This document shows, piece after piece, positions 37,485 through 44,042 of a stretch of 64,000 nt of DNA. Below the pieces are notes generated by a model. The model did not search any database. It worked only from the letters and a program-made list of their open reading frames with translations, and was not told where the DNA came from. Source of the DNA: Terriglobales bacterium (GTDB taxonomy: Bacteria; Acidobacteriota; Terriglobia; Terriglobales; Acidobacteriaceae). Numbering within the stretch: the stretch's first letter is position 1; each line of letters starts with the position of its first letter. The translations under genes and the position numbers were made by a program. The stretch spans positions 37,486-101,485 of the forward strand of contig DATATW010000063.1 of NCBI GenBank assembly GCA_036268595.1, given 5' to 3'.

Positions 37485-38153
37485 ATGCTAGGCTCGACGC
37501 AAGGTTGTGAAGGGGGAAGATTGCGCAACTGTTTGCTGGCTGCATGGCTGTTGATGGCAGCAGTGGCTGTCGCATCCGCGCAAGAAGGCAAAAACGAAGT
37601 TTCCGGCTTATTCGGCGAAACCTTCATCAGTGATCAGGGCGTCCTCAATTCTGGGCTCTCTGATTCCATTATCAATCACGGCGCAGGATTTTCCTTCGAG
37701 CTTAACTATGCTCGAATCGTGCTCGATCATCAGTGGTTCGATTTCGCTATCGAGGTACCGGCCGTTTTCAATCCCGACGAAGACCTGCACTATTTCGCCG
37801 ACCAGATTCCTGACCAATACGGTTCATATTTCGTTACTCCGGCCGCGCGCCTGCGTTTGATACCCGACCTCGCGTTTTCGCCCTGGATCAGTTTTGGCGG
37901 AGGTTTTGGACATTTCGAAGCCAGCAGCAATCTTCTCTTTTATGGCAAGAATACCGGGGACCACGGCGCTACCTGTGGCGTGCTGCAAGGAGGAGTTGGG
38001 CTGGACGTGAATCTCCCCTGGCGTTGGAAACGTGTGAGACTTCGGGTCGCCGCCCGCGATGACTGGAGTGGAGTGCCTCCACTCAATGTGGATACTGGAA
38101 AAAGCCGCCAGCACAATTATTTCGTCGGCGGTGGATTGGTATACCGATTTTAG
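37485..38153 (+). CDS. Outer-membrane beta-barrel protein
   Basis: It has the signal peptide '...LLMAAVAVASAQE', an alternating beta-strand pattern, and the C-terminal 'GGGLVYRF' with a terminal Phe. Confidence 0.65.
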   Translation: MLGSTQGCEGGRLRNCLLAAWLLMAAVAVASAQEGKNEVSGLFGETFISDQGVLNSGLSDSIINHGAGFSFELNYARIVLDHQWFDFAIEVPAVFNPDEDLHYFADQIPDQYGSYFVTPAARLRLIPDLAFSPWISFGGGFGHFEASSNLLFYGKNTGDHGATCGVLQGGVGLDVNLPWRWKRVRLRVAARDDWSGVPPLNVDTGKSRQHNYFVGGGLVYRF

Positions 38154-38337
38154 ATTCGCCGTTGCTTCCCCGAAGAAGTTAAAGTTACAAATCTTAGATT
38201 TCATCAGTTGCATCCAAGCCTGCGTGATCAGTCCCGAACAGCGAACGAAACTCGATGAAGTGAAGCGCGAAAAGCTGTCGGTGCAGTGACCTGTCGCGTG
38301 GGCAGGGCACGCCTGTGTGGGATCAAACGACCGGTTT

Positions 38338-38362
38338 CGCGTCCCAGGGTGGGACGCGTTTT
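38338..38362 (+). terminator. Rho-independent terminator (plus strand)
   Basis: An 8-bp GC stem 'cgcgtccc'/'gggacgcg' with the loop 'agggt' is followed by 'tttt'. It overlaps the 3' end of the convergent minus-strand gene. Confidence 0.55.
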
Positions 38363-38895
38363 CAGACTGCGAAGCCAGAGTCGGAAGCAGCGGCGGGGCC
38401 CGCGTCGATCACAGCTTTAACGACGGGCTCGGCGATAGTGACTTCGGGAACTGGCGGACGCATGAGATTCCAGGCTTCGCGGTACAGTTCGAATGAGGAC
38501 GTCTTGAGTCCGGGCCTGAGATAGACAGCGCTGCGATTTTCTATCAACTCCACTGGAAAGACGTACCAAATGCTTTCGGGGAAAAGGTAGGCAACCAGGA
38601 AGTCAACGTCATCGCGAGAATATAGACTCCTGTGATTTCCAGTCGTCCGCACACGAAAGTGCGGCCTTCCGGACGCTTTGGACCAAACGGATTTTATCTG
38701 GACACGCCAAAAAACTTTACCGATGCGAACGATTACGTCGTAACGGTCACAATCTCCCCAAGGCTTGGCGACGGCGAAGCCAAGAGTGGCCGCTTTTCGC
38801 ATAAAGGCAAGTTCGGCCAACTCGCCGCGATGTTTGCGGTCGAGCCTGGCGGCATGCAGTAATTCATCCTTTAGAGTCTCTTCCAATATTCCCAA
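38362..38895 (-). CDS. PD-(D/E)XK-family endonuclease (PDDEXK_5 / group-I-intron-endonuclease-like)
   Basis: 'GELAELAFMRKAATLGFAVAKPWGDCDRYDVIVRIGKVFWRVQIKS' fits the G-D...YD...(hydrophobic)-Q-(I/V)-K-S/T core of this family. The start is the TTG at 38895 or a downstream codon. Confidence 0.65.
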   Translation of the reverse strand: MGILEETLKDELLHAARLDRKHRGELAELAFMRKAATLGFAVAKPWGDCDRYDVIVRIGKVFWRVQIKSVWSKASGRPHFRVRTTGNHRSLYSRDDVDFLVAYLFPESIWYVFPVELIENRSAVYLRPGLKTSSFELYREAWNLMRPPVPEVTIAEPVVKAVIDAGPAAASDSGFAV

Positions 38896-38906
38896 GGTTT
38901 CGTCCC

Positions 38907-38943
38907 CTAAAACACAAAAAGCGCAGCTATTGAGCTGCGCTTT
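38907..38943 (-). terminator. Strong minus-strand rho-independent terminator 12 nt upstream of the endonuclease start codon
   Basis: An 11-bp stem 'aaagcgcagct'/'agctgcgcttt' with the loop 'attg' is followed on the minus strand by 'tttttgtgtttt'. Confidence 0.7.
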
Positions 38944-39101
38944 GAAATTATCTGATTGCTATATCCAGAGTAGCAGGTTGAATAGGGCGATTGTGCCATG
39001 TTTTCGAAATTCATTTCTGGGTTGCAATCAGGAGCTTAGGGGGAATCGGGGTGAAAAGGGGGCTTGACAAGAATTTTGCACAGGTCGCCTCGAGAGTGCC
39101 T

Positions 39102-39130
39102 CCCACCCTTTGAAAACCGCAAAGGGTGGG
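39102..39130. repeat. REP-like hairpin of the CCCACCCTTT-loop-AAAGGGTGGG family
   Basis: It has a perfect 10-bp stem with the loop 'gaaaaccgc'. Related copies lie at 42630-42658, 52844-52875, 57369-57397 and 57455-57484. Confidence 0.85.
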
Positions 39131-39468
39131 CCAGCTCAGTATCGGTAATGCAGGCAAGGGAAAAGGTGGGCCAGCCCACCAAGGTGCGCCCGACGACAGC
39201 GCGGGGTCGGTGCTGTTCCCCAGGAGCCAGCGCCAGCCACCCGCAACATTCCACAGCCTCAGAATGCGCGTGGATACTGAAGAACTCAAAGACAGCAGCG
39301 TTACTTGATCGGTTGGGTCAGCCGCACCACAGGTTAGCCGGTTGCCACTAACTATGAGCTAGCGAACACTATACGATCTTAGATAAATCATAATTAGTGT
39401 CACTTGTTTGTTTCTTATCATTGACATATGACAATTACTAAAACGTAATCGTATGAAACAGAAGGAGA

Positions 39469-39497
39469 TATATAAAACGTTAGAACCACCATGACAA
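39469..39497 (-). promoter_or_regulatory. Sigma70-like promoter candidate on the minus strand inside repeat unit 1 (TTGTCA-17-TATATA)
   Basis: The -35 reverse complement is at 39492-39497 and the -10 reverse complement at 39469-39474. The same signal is conserved in unit 2. Confidence 0.35.
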
Positions 39498-39837
39498 GCT
39501 ATAGCAAAATAGTGGAAACTTTCCATTCTCCAGATCCGATATCGGGACGCAAGGTGCGCCCGACGACAGCGCGGGGTCGGCGCTGTTCCCCAGGAGCCAG
39601 CGCCAGCCACCCGCAACATTCCACAGCCTCAGAATGCGCGTGGATACTGAAGAACTCAAAGACAGCAGCGTTACTTGATCGGTTGGGTCAGCCGTACCAC
39701 AGGTTAGCCGGTTGCCACTAACTATGAGCTAGCGAACACTATACGATCTTAGATAAATCATAATTAGTGTCACTGGTTTGTTGCTTATCATTGACATATG
39801 ACAATACGCAAACGCAAGCGTCTCAAACAGAAGGAGA

Positions 39838-39865
39838 TATATAAAACTTGTAACCACAATGACAA
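39838..39865 (-). promoter_or_regulatory. Sigma70-like promoter candidate on the minus strand inside repeat unit 2 (TTGTCA-16-TATATA)
   Basis: The -35 reverse complement is at 39860-39865 and the -10 reverse complement at 39838-39843. Confidence 0.35.
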
Positions 39866-40143
39866 GCTATAGCGAAATATTGGAAACTTTCCATTCTCCA
39901 GATCCGATATCGGGACGCAAGGTGCGCCCGACGACAGCGCGGGGTCGGTGCTGTCCCCAGGAGCCAGCGCCAGCCACCCGCAACATTCAACGGCCTCAGA
40001 ATGCGCGTGGATACTGAAGAACTCAAAGACAGCAGCGTTACTTGATCGGTTGGGTCAGCCGCACCAACTTAAGCGAAGACGTGATCGGCTATGCGATGAC
40101 GCCACGGTGCGTATGATATGGACAAGTAATTTCGTATTCAGTA

Positions 40144-40173
40144 TTGACTTTGGCGGTGATGAAGGTGTAGGTT
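40144..40173 (+). promoter_or_regulatory. Promoter candidate for the four-gene operon (TTGACT-18-TAGGTT)
   Basis: The hexamers lie at 40144-40149 and 40168-40173, about 30 nt upstream of the ATG at 40204, which is preceded by 'gaggaacgagg'. Confidence 0.3.
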
Positions 40174-40203
40174 CAGCTTACCCGGGAAAGACGAGGAACG
40201 AGG

Positions 40204-40623
40204 ATGCGGTTTGAAGGAATTGTAGTTGTGCGAAAAGCAGCCGAAAGTGCCGTAGCGGACATGCATGCCGGACCGATGCAGATCGCGGCCTTTCAGACAA
40301 TCCTTTCTCACCTTCTTCAGGACGCACGGAACGGCGGGCGTGTTGGGTCAGTAAATTCTGTTAAGACAATTAGCAGAAAACGGAGCCTTGGGGGAATGCG
40401 GGCTAATGGGACTACGGCGCGCCTGCTGAGTCTAATTAATGAAGGAGTCTTCAGTCAGAGTCGATCCCTGGCCGAAATTCGTCAAGCGCTGTCGGAGCGC
40501 GGCTGGCAATATCAACCTGAGGACCTCGGAACTCCGTTAACTCGACTTGTCCAACGCGGGTATCTCAGGCGCACCCAAGAATCCAACGGCGGAAAGAAGC
40601 TGTGGAGATACTCCACTGCCTAG
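40204..40623 (+). CDS. Small winged-helix (wHTH) protein, operon gene 1
   Basis: The C-terminal 'LLSLINEGVFSQSRSLAEIRQALSERGWQYQPEDLGTPLTRLVQRGYLRRTQESNGGKKLWRY' has a wHTH-like pattern (helix-turn-helix, then a basic wing). The start is possibly the downstream Met at aa 20. Confidence 0.6.
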   Translation: MRFEGIVVVRKAAESAVADMHAGPMQIAAFQTILSHLLQDARNGGRVGSVNSVKTISRKRSLGGMRANGTTARLLSLINEGVFSQSRSLAEIRQALSERGWQYQPEDLGTPLTRLVQRGYLRRTQESNGGKKLWRYSTA

Positions 40624-40631
40624 GAGAAACG

Positions 40632-40985
40632 ATGGCACTCGCGAAAATCAGTATACCTGGCGGAATTTCCGTCGAGATTGATGGCACGCCGGACGAGGTG
40701 AGCTCGGTTCTTCAGAACCTGAAGTCCAAGCACGCCCCTGCGTTGCCCAGAGGGAGAGCCGAAAGGCGCAAAGCTGGTCGGGGTGACATCCCAGGGCTAA
40801 TCGTCGCGCTCAAGTCGGAGGAATTTTTCAAATCGCCTAAAGGCTTATCCGACATCCAGGCGAAACTAGCCGAATTGGGGCACCACTATCCGTTGACAAC
40901 GATGTCGGGAGCCATGCAGAGCCAATGTAAGAACAGGAATTTGCGAAGATTCAAGCAGCATGGAAAATACGTTTATGTGCAGTGA
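40632..40985 (+). CDS. Small winged-helix protein, operon gene 2 (C-terminal pattern parallels gene 1)
   Basis: AGGAG lies 5 nt upstream of the ATG at 40632. 'LIVALKSEEFFKSPKGLSDIQAKLAELGHHYPLTTMSGAMQSQCKNRNLRRFKQHGKYVYV' parallels gene 1. Confidence 0.65.
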   Translation: MALAKISIPGGISVEIDGTPDEVSSVLQNLKSKHAPALPRGRAERRKAGRGDIPGLIVALKSEEFFKSPKGLSDIQAKLAELGHHYPLTTMSGAMQSQCKNRNLRRFKQHGKYVYVQ

Positions 40986-41012
40986 AACGGTCTTATTTAA
41001 GGAGAACGCCAC

Positions 41013-41555
41013 ATGGCGAAATCAGTTAATTATTCCGAAGTTGATGCGATGAAGGATATCGACGGGGCACTCGCGAAAATCGATGTGGAGGCTCAACAGA
41101 GAGTCCTTGAATGGGCATCCTCTAAGCACGGAGTGAAACTGAGGGCGCAATTCGATGTGGACGTAAGCTCCCCGCATCAGAAGTCGCCCCAGCCACAACG
41201 CGCGACAGACATAAAGGCGTTCCTGGTCCAAAAGCGGCCCGAGAGCTTTTACGAACGGGTAGCTTGTTTGGTCTATTTCCTGGAGAAATTCGCCGACCAG
41301 GCAGAAGTCGGCACGAAGGATATAAGTAAAGCAAACTCGGATGCTCGCCTCTCAAAGCTTACAAACCCCGCCGTATTTGTAAAGCATGCCACCCACACAT
41401 ACGGGTACCTTACTGCACTTGGCAAACGAAAATTCGCGATCTCTGCTAGAGGGGAGGCCGTAGTCGAAGCTCTGCCCGATCGAACCAAGGTGGAAGAGGC
41501 GCTCGCAGCAAATCCTTTCGGCAAAAAAGCTCGAAGAAAACGGAGCAAGAAGTGA
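41013..41555 (+). CDS. wHTH-like protein with basic tail, operon gene 3
   Basis: AAGGAGA lies upstream. It contains 'IKAFLVQKRPESFYERVACLVYFLEKF...GTKDISKANSDARLSKLTNPAVFVKHATHTYGYLTALGKRKFAISARGEAVVEAL' and then 'KKARRKRSKK'. Confidence 0.65.
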   Translation: MAKSVNYSEVDAMKDIDGALAKIDVEAQQRVLEWASSKHGVKLRAQFDVDVSSPHQKSPQPQRATDIKAFLVQKRPESFYERVACLVYFLEKFADQAEVGTKDISKANSDARLSKLTNPAVFVKHATHTYGYLTALGKRKFAISARGEAVVEALPDRTKVEEALAANPFGKKARRKRSKK

Positions 41556-42322
41556 TCAGCCCGAGAATCAGAGCGGCGCTTCTGGGACACTTTCCTGAAA
41601 CCGTCGTTGATCAATTATTGGAGTGCTTCGAAGAACAAAGGAGAAATCTACTCCTAGGTAAACTGCGACCGAACGAGGTCGAGGGTGGCCGCTTTGCAGA
41701 AGCAGCCTTCAGGATGCTAGAGCACGCCGGCGGCTTCGCCATCACCGCCATTGGTACTCAGTTAAACACTGACAGCCTGATACGGCAACTCGCCGCCTTG
41801 CCAGCGGGCGCCGCGCACGAGTCCGTGCGACTGCACATTCCTAGAACTCTGCGAGTCATCTATGACATCCGTAACAAACGAGACGCTGCCCACCTCGCTG
41901 ATGGCATCGACCCCAACTTGCAGGACGCGACTTTGGTCTCAGCATCAGCGGATTGGGTGCTGGCGGAGTTTGTCCGCCTTGGAGGGGGAGTAAGCCCGGA
42001 TGAAGCTTTTAGGCTGGTAAAGGCAATCACCGTCCAGCGTATCCCGGCCGTGGAGGATATTCAGGGATTTCTGAAAACTCTTAGACCTTCGCTCGGCCCA
42101 GGCGACCGAATCTTACTCCTTCTGTACAGGCGCGCTGATTGCGGAGCAACAAAGGAAGAACTCGAGAAATGGCTTAGGCCCTCTCAGCGAAGGAACCTCC
42201 TGCGAACACTACACCAGCTGGAGCACGACAAAGACCTCATCGTGCTCGTGAACGGCAGATGCCAAATCACCCGGAGAGGTATACAGGAGGCGGAACGCAA
42301 GAAGCTTCTCGAGGTGGAGTAG
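41552..42322 (+). CDS. HEPN (Abi_C-type) domain protein with C-terminal wHTH, operon gene 4
   Basis: Its GTG start overlaps the gene 3 stop (GTGA). The motif 'IRNKRDAAH' (Rx6H) closely parallels the RNKxGDAH signature I recall for the Abi_C/AbiJ HEPN. It sits in a helical context. The C-terminal 'LLLLYRRADCGATKEELEKWL...LLRTLHQLEHDKDLIVLVNGRCQITRRG' is wHTH-like. Confidence 0.7.
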   Translation: MISPRIRAALLGHFPETVVDQLLECFEEQRRNLLLGKLRPNEVEGGRFAEAAFRMLEHAGGFAITAIGTQLNTDSLIRQLAALPAGAAHESVRLHIPRTLRVIYDIRNKRDAAHLADGIDPNLQDATLVSASADWVLAEFVRLGGGVSPDEAFRLVKAITVQRIPAVEDIQGFLKTLRPSLGPGDRILLLLYRRADCGATKEELEKWLRPSQRRNLLRTLHQLEHDKDLIVLVNGRCQITRRGIQEAERKKLLEVE

Positions 42323-42500
42323 CCTAGCGCCCGGCGGGCTGCCCCAGGCTTTTGATCTTGTGGCATTACCAACACAGTGGGTGGCCCCGTCCGTTGCCTT
42401 CTCGGCGAAGGGCGGGAGTCGGAAATGCCCGCGCCAAGTGAGTTTGATCACGTGTCCACAACAAAATCAAATAGCACTCGCAGCATCGCCGGCGGGCTGG

Positions 42501-42658
42501 CCCACCCTTTGAACCACACTAAAACAGCTGCCCCACCGTTCGTGCTTTTCGAAGGTTGGGTATCGCCATGCGTAGATTTGGTGCGGGTTACCAGAGACAG
42601 AACATCTCGTGGCGCAATCGTTCGAGGTGCCCACCCTTTGAAAACCGCAAAGAGTGGG
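42501..42658. repeat. Cluster of REP-like CCCACC.../...GGTGGG hairpins
   Basis: The cluster contains 'cccaccctttgaacc...', 'ccccaccgttcg...cgaaggttggg', and 'cccaccctttgaaaaccgcaaagagtggg' (42630-42658). Confidence 0.75.
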
Positions 42659-42761
42659 GCGCCCTCAGTTGTGGTGGTTACCAGCGCGGAAGGTTGGGCC
42701 AGCACTCGCTTATTCCCATCTCTCGCAGACGGGACATGGCATGCGGCTGGGAGGTCCTGTC

Positions 42762-43628
42762 TCAACTGACAGAATTTGATCTGGCACCGACACTCAGTTC
42801 TTCACGACGCCGCGCGGCGCTGAGCCGTGTATACAGGGTTTCCAGCGCGCCGAAATAGATGAGCAACTGGAAGTTCGCATCTCTGATGGCTTCTTCTTGT
42901 CGAGTCCGTTGTGGATCGTCTTTCGGAGTGGGATGAAGTCGTGGCAGCAGGAGAGTTGCGAAGGCTGTGTAGAAGACGATGGTATATCCGAAATACTTCA
43001 TCCACTCAGGGGTTGCACGCATAACTTTTTTGCCACCTCGCCATGCTTCCAGTCCAGCAAAAATACCCACGGCGATAATTTCGATATTGAAGCTTCCCAT
43101 TGTGTGGTGGTGTGGCCTACCCATGATTGCTGCGGCGAGCTGGGCTGTCGCAAAAACCGTACCTGCAATAGCGATGGCAAGCCCGAGATAGACGATCAAC
43201 TCTTCCCAACCTGGCAATGCAGGAGCTTCTCGTGGCCGCCAGCCGGCAGAGGCTTGCACTATGGGCTGCAGATCCGACTCCCAAATTCGCGAACGTGACG
43301 GCTTGTCAGGGTCATAGCGAATCACGACTTGCACGCCGCGAAGGGCGTCGGCCCAAGCGTTCGCCTCGTCGACCTCGGTGAAGATCTTCTTGAATTTGCC
43401 CGCACATGACTCACCACCGATCGAGTAAGCGTAATCCGCTTGCAGCTTGACTTGACTGTCGGTCTCCTCGGCGGAAGCACGGGTGATCCGCCCTTGGCTG
43501 GTTGGCCAGGTCTCGCTTCGCCTTCGCTGGTATTCACGCACAATCTTGGTCAACGCGGCAGCGCCCAGGGACAGGGCTAACCCACCGACTTCCCATTGCC
43601 AGGACCGGCTTTCGGAAACCCACATCAT
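42762..43628 (-). CDS. DUF3592-like membrane protein with C-terminal multi-TM region
   Basis: An N-terminal TM helix is followed by 'WPTSQGRITRASAEE...LQADYAYSIGGESCAGKF...VVIRYDPDKPSRS', the DUF3592 pattern as I recall it. About four TM helices follow. Confidence 0.55.
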   Translation of the reverse strand: MMWVSESRSWQWEVGGLALSLGAAALTKIVREYQRRRSETWPTSQGRITRASAEETDSQVKLQADYAYSIGGESCAGKFKKIFTEVDEANAWADALRGVQVVIRYDPDKPSRSRIWESDLQPIVQASAGWRPREAPALPGWEELIVYLGLAIAIAGTVFATAQLAAAIMGRPHHHTMGSFNIEIIAVGIFAGLEAWRGGKKVMRATPEWMKYFGYTIVFYTAFATLLLPRLHPTPKDDPQRTRQEEAIRDANFQLLIYFGALETLYTRLSAARRREELSVGARSNSVS

Positions 43629-43673
43629 TGGTGAAGAAGTTTACAACGGATGGTTGGGCGGGGTAAGACTGTT

Positions 43674-43718
43674 GCCGAGCTTGCGCTCGGCAGGACAGCC
43701 GAGGGCGGCTGTCCCCAC
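43674..43718. repeat. Double-hairpin REP element, copy 1
   Basis: 'gccgagc ttgc gctcggc a ggacagccg agg gcggctgtcc ccac' forms two adjacent perfect hairpins. It is identical to 43911-43955. Confidence 0.9.
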
Positions 43719-43770
43719 ATGGTTTGTTACAGGGTTTGTTTCATGGTTTGTTTCATGATTTGTTTATGAA
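43718..43770. repeat. Short tandem stutter of (ca)tggtttgttt-type words
   Basis: The sequence 'catggtttgttacagggtttgtttcatggtttgtttcatgatttgtttatga' is readable directly. Confidence 0.8.
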
Positions 43771-43910
43771 TCTTTCGATTGACGGCCGCAAGTCCTCAGG
43801 GGAAGGGCACGAGTTTCACTCGTGCCGTACGGTTCGAAAGGAGCAGGGCTTTGGCCCTTGAGGTGTGGCAGGTCAGCAGACAACCGTGCGCTCCAGCCGG
43901 TGAAAACAAG

Positions 43911-43955
43911 GCCGAGCTTGCGCTCGGCAGGACAGCCGAGGGCGGCTGTCCCCAC
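43911..43955. repeat. Double-hairpin REP element, copy 2
   Basis: It is a 45-nt perfect direct repeat of 43674-43718, lying 237 bp downstream. Confidence 0.9.
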
Positions 43956-44042
43956 GTGATCGCTACAGGTTCGCAAATAGGCAGTTCGCGGGGGTTCTGC
44001 TAACATCCTGCGCAGTCCGAGGAGGTCTTCCAGGAACCGCGA

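Larger units (their letters stand above)
39179..40066. repeat. Tandem array, about 2.4 copies of a ~369-bp unit (GC-rich ~170-bp module plus AT-rich ~200-bp module)
   Basis: 'aaggtgcgcccgacgacagcgcggggtcgg' recurs at 39181, 39551 and 39919, giving periods of 370 and 368. The GC modules are nearly identical. The AT modules carry clustered substitutions and indels. Confidence 0.95.

Noticed and set aside
39461-39475. 'GAAGGAGATATATA' resembles the T7 gene-10 / pET vector RBS, which could indicate cloning-vector contamination.
   Set aside because: Only about 12 nt match, the flanks are unrelated to vector sequence, and the motif occurs in both repeat units embedded in native context.
39491-39721. 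76-aa ORF (with relatives at 39064-39351 and 39948-40214) inside the tandem repeat, preceded by an 'AAGGAGATATA' sequence.
   Set aside because: - The SD-like sequence lies 23 nt from the ATG, which is too far.
- The peptide is Arg/Ser/Pro-rich with a non-genic composition.
- Unit 3 carries a 1-nt deletion that shifts the frame.
- The N-terminus differs in unit 1.
I treat the repeat as non-coding.
39179-40066. Possible CRISPR array.
   Set aside because: The period is about 369 bp, with long near-identical units rather than 25-40-nt repeats with unique spacers, and no cas genes are in the window.
42377-42858. ORFs of 100-130 aa on both strands between the HEPN operon and the DUF3592 gene.
   Set aside because: They are composed of REP-hairpin sequence ('GWASPPA', 'FENRKEWGAL' peptides), the typical false ORFs created by this repeat family.
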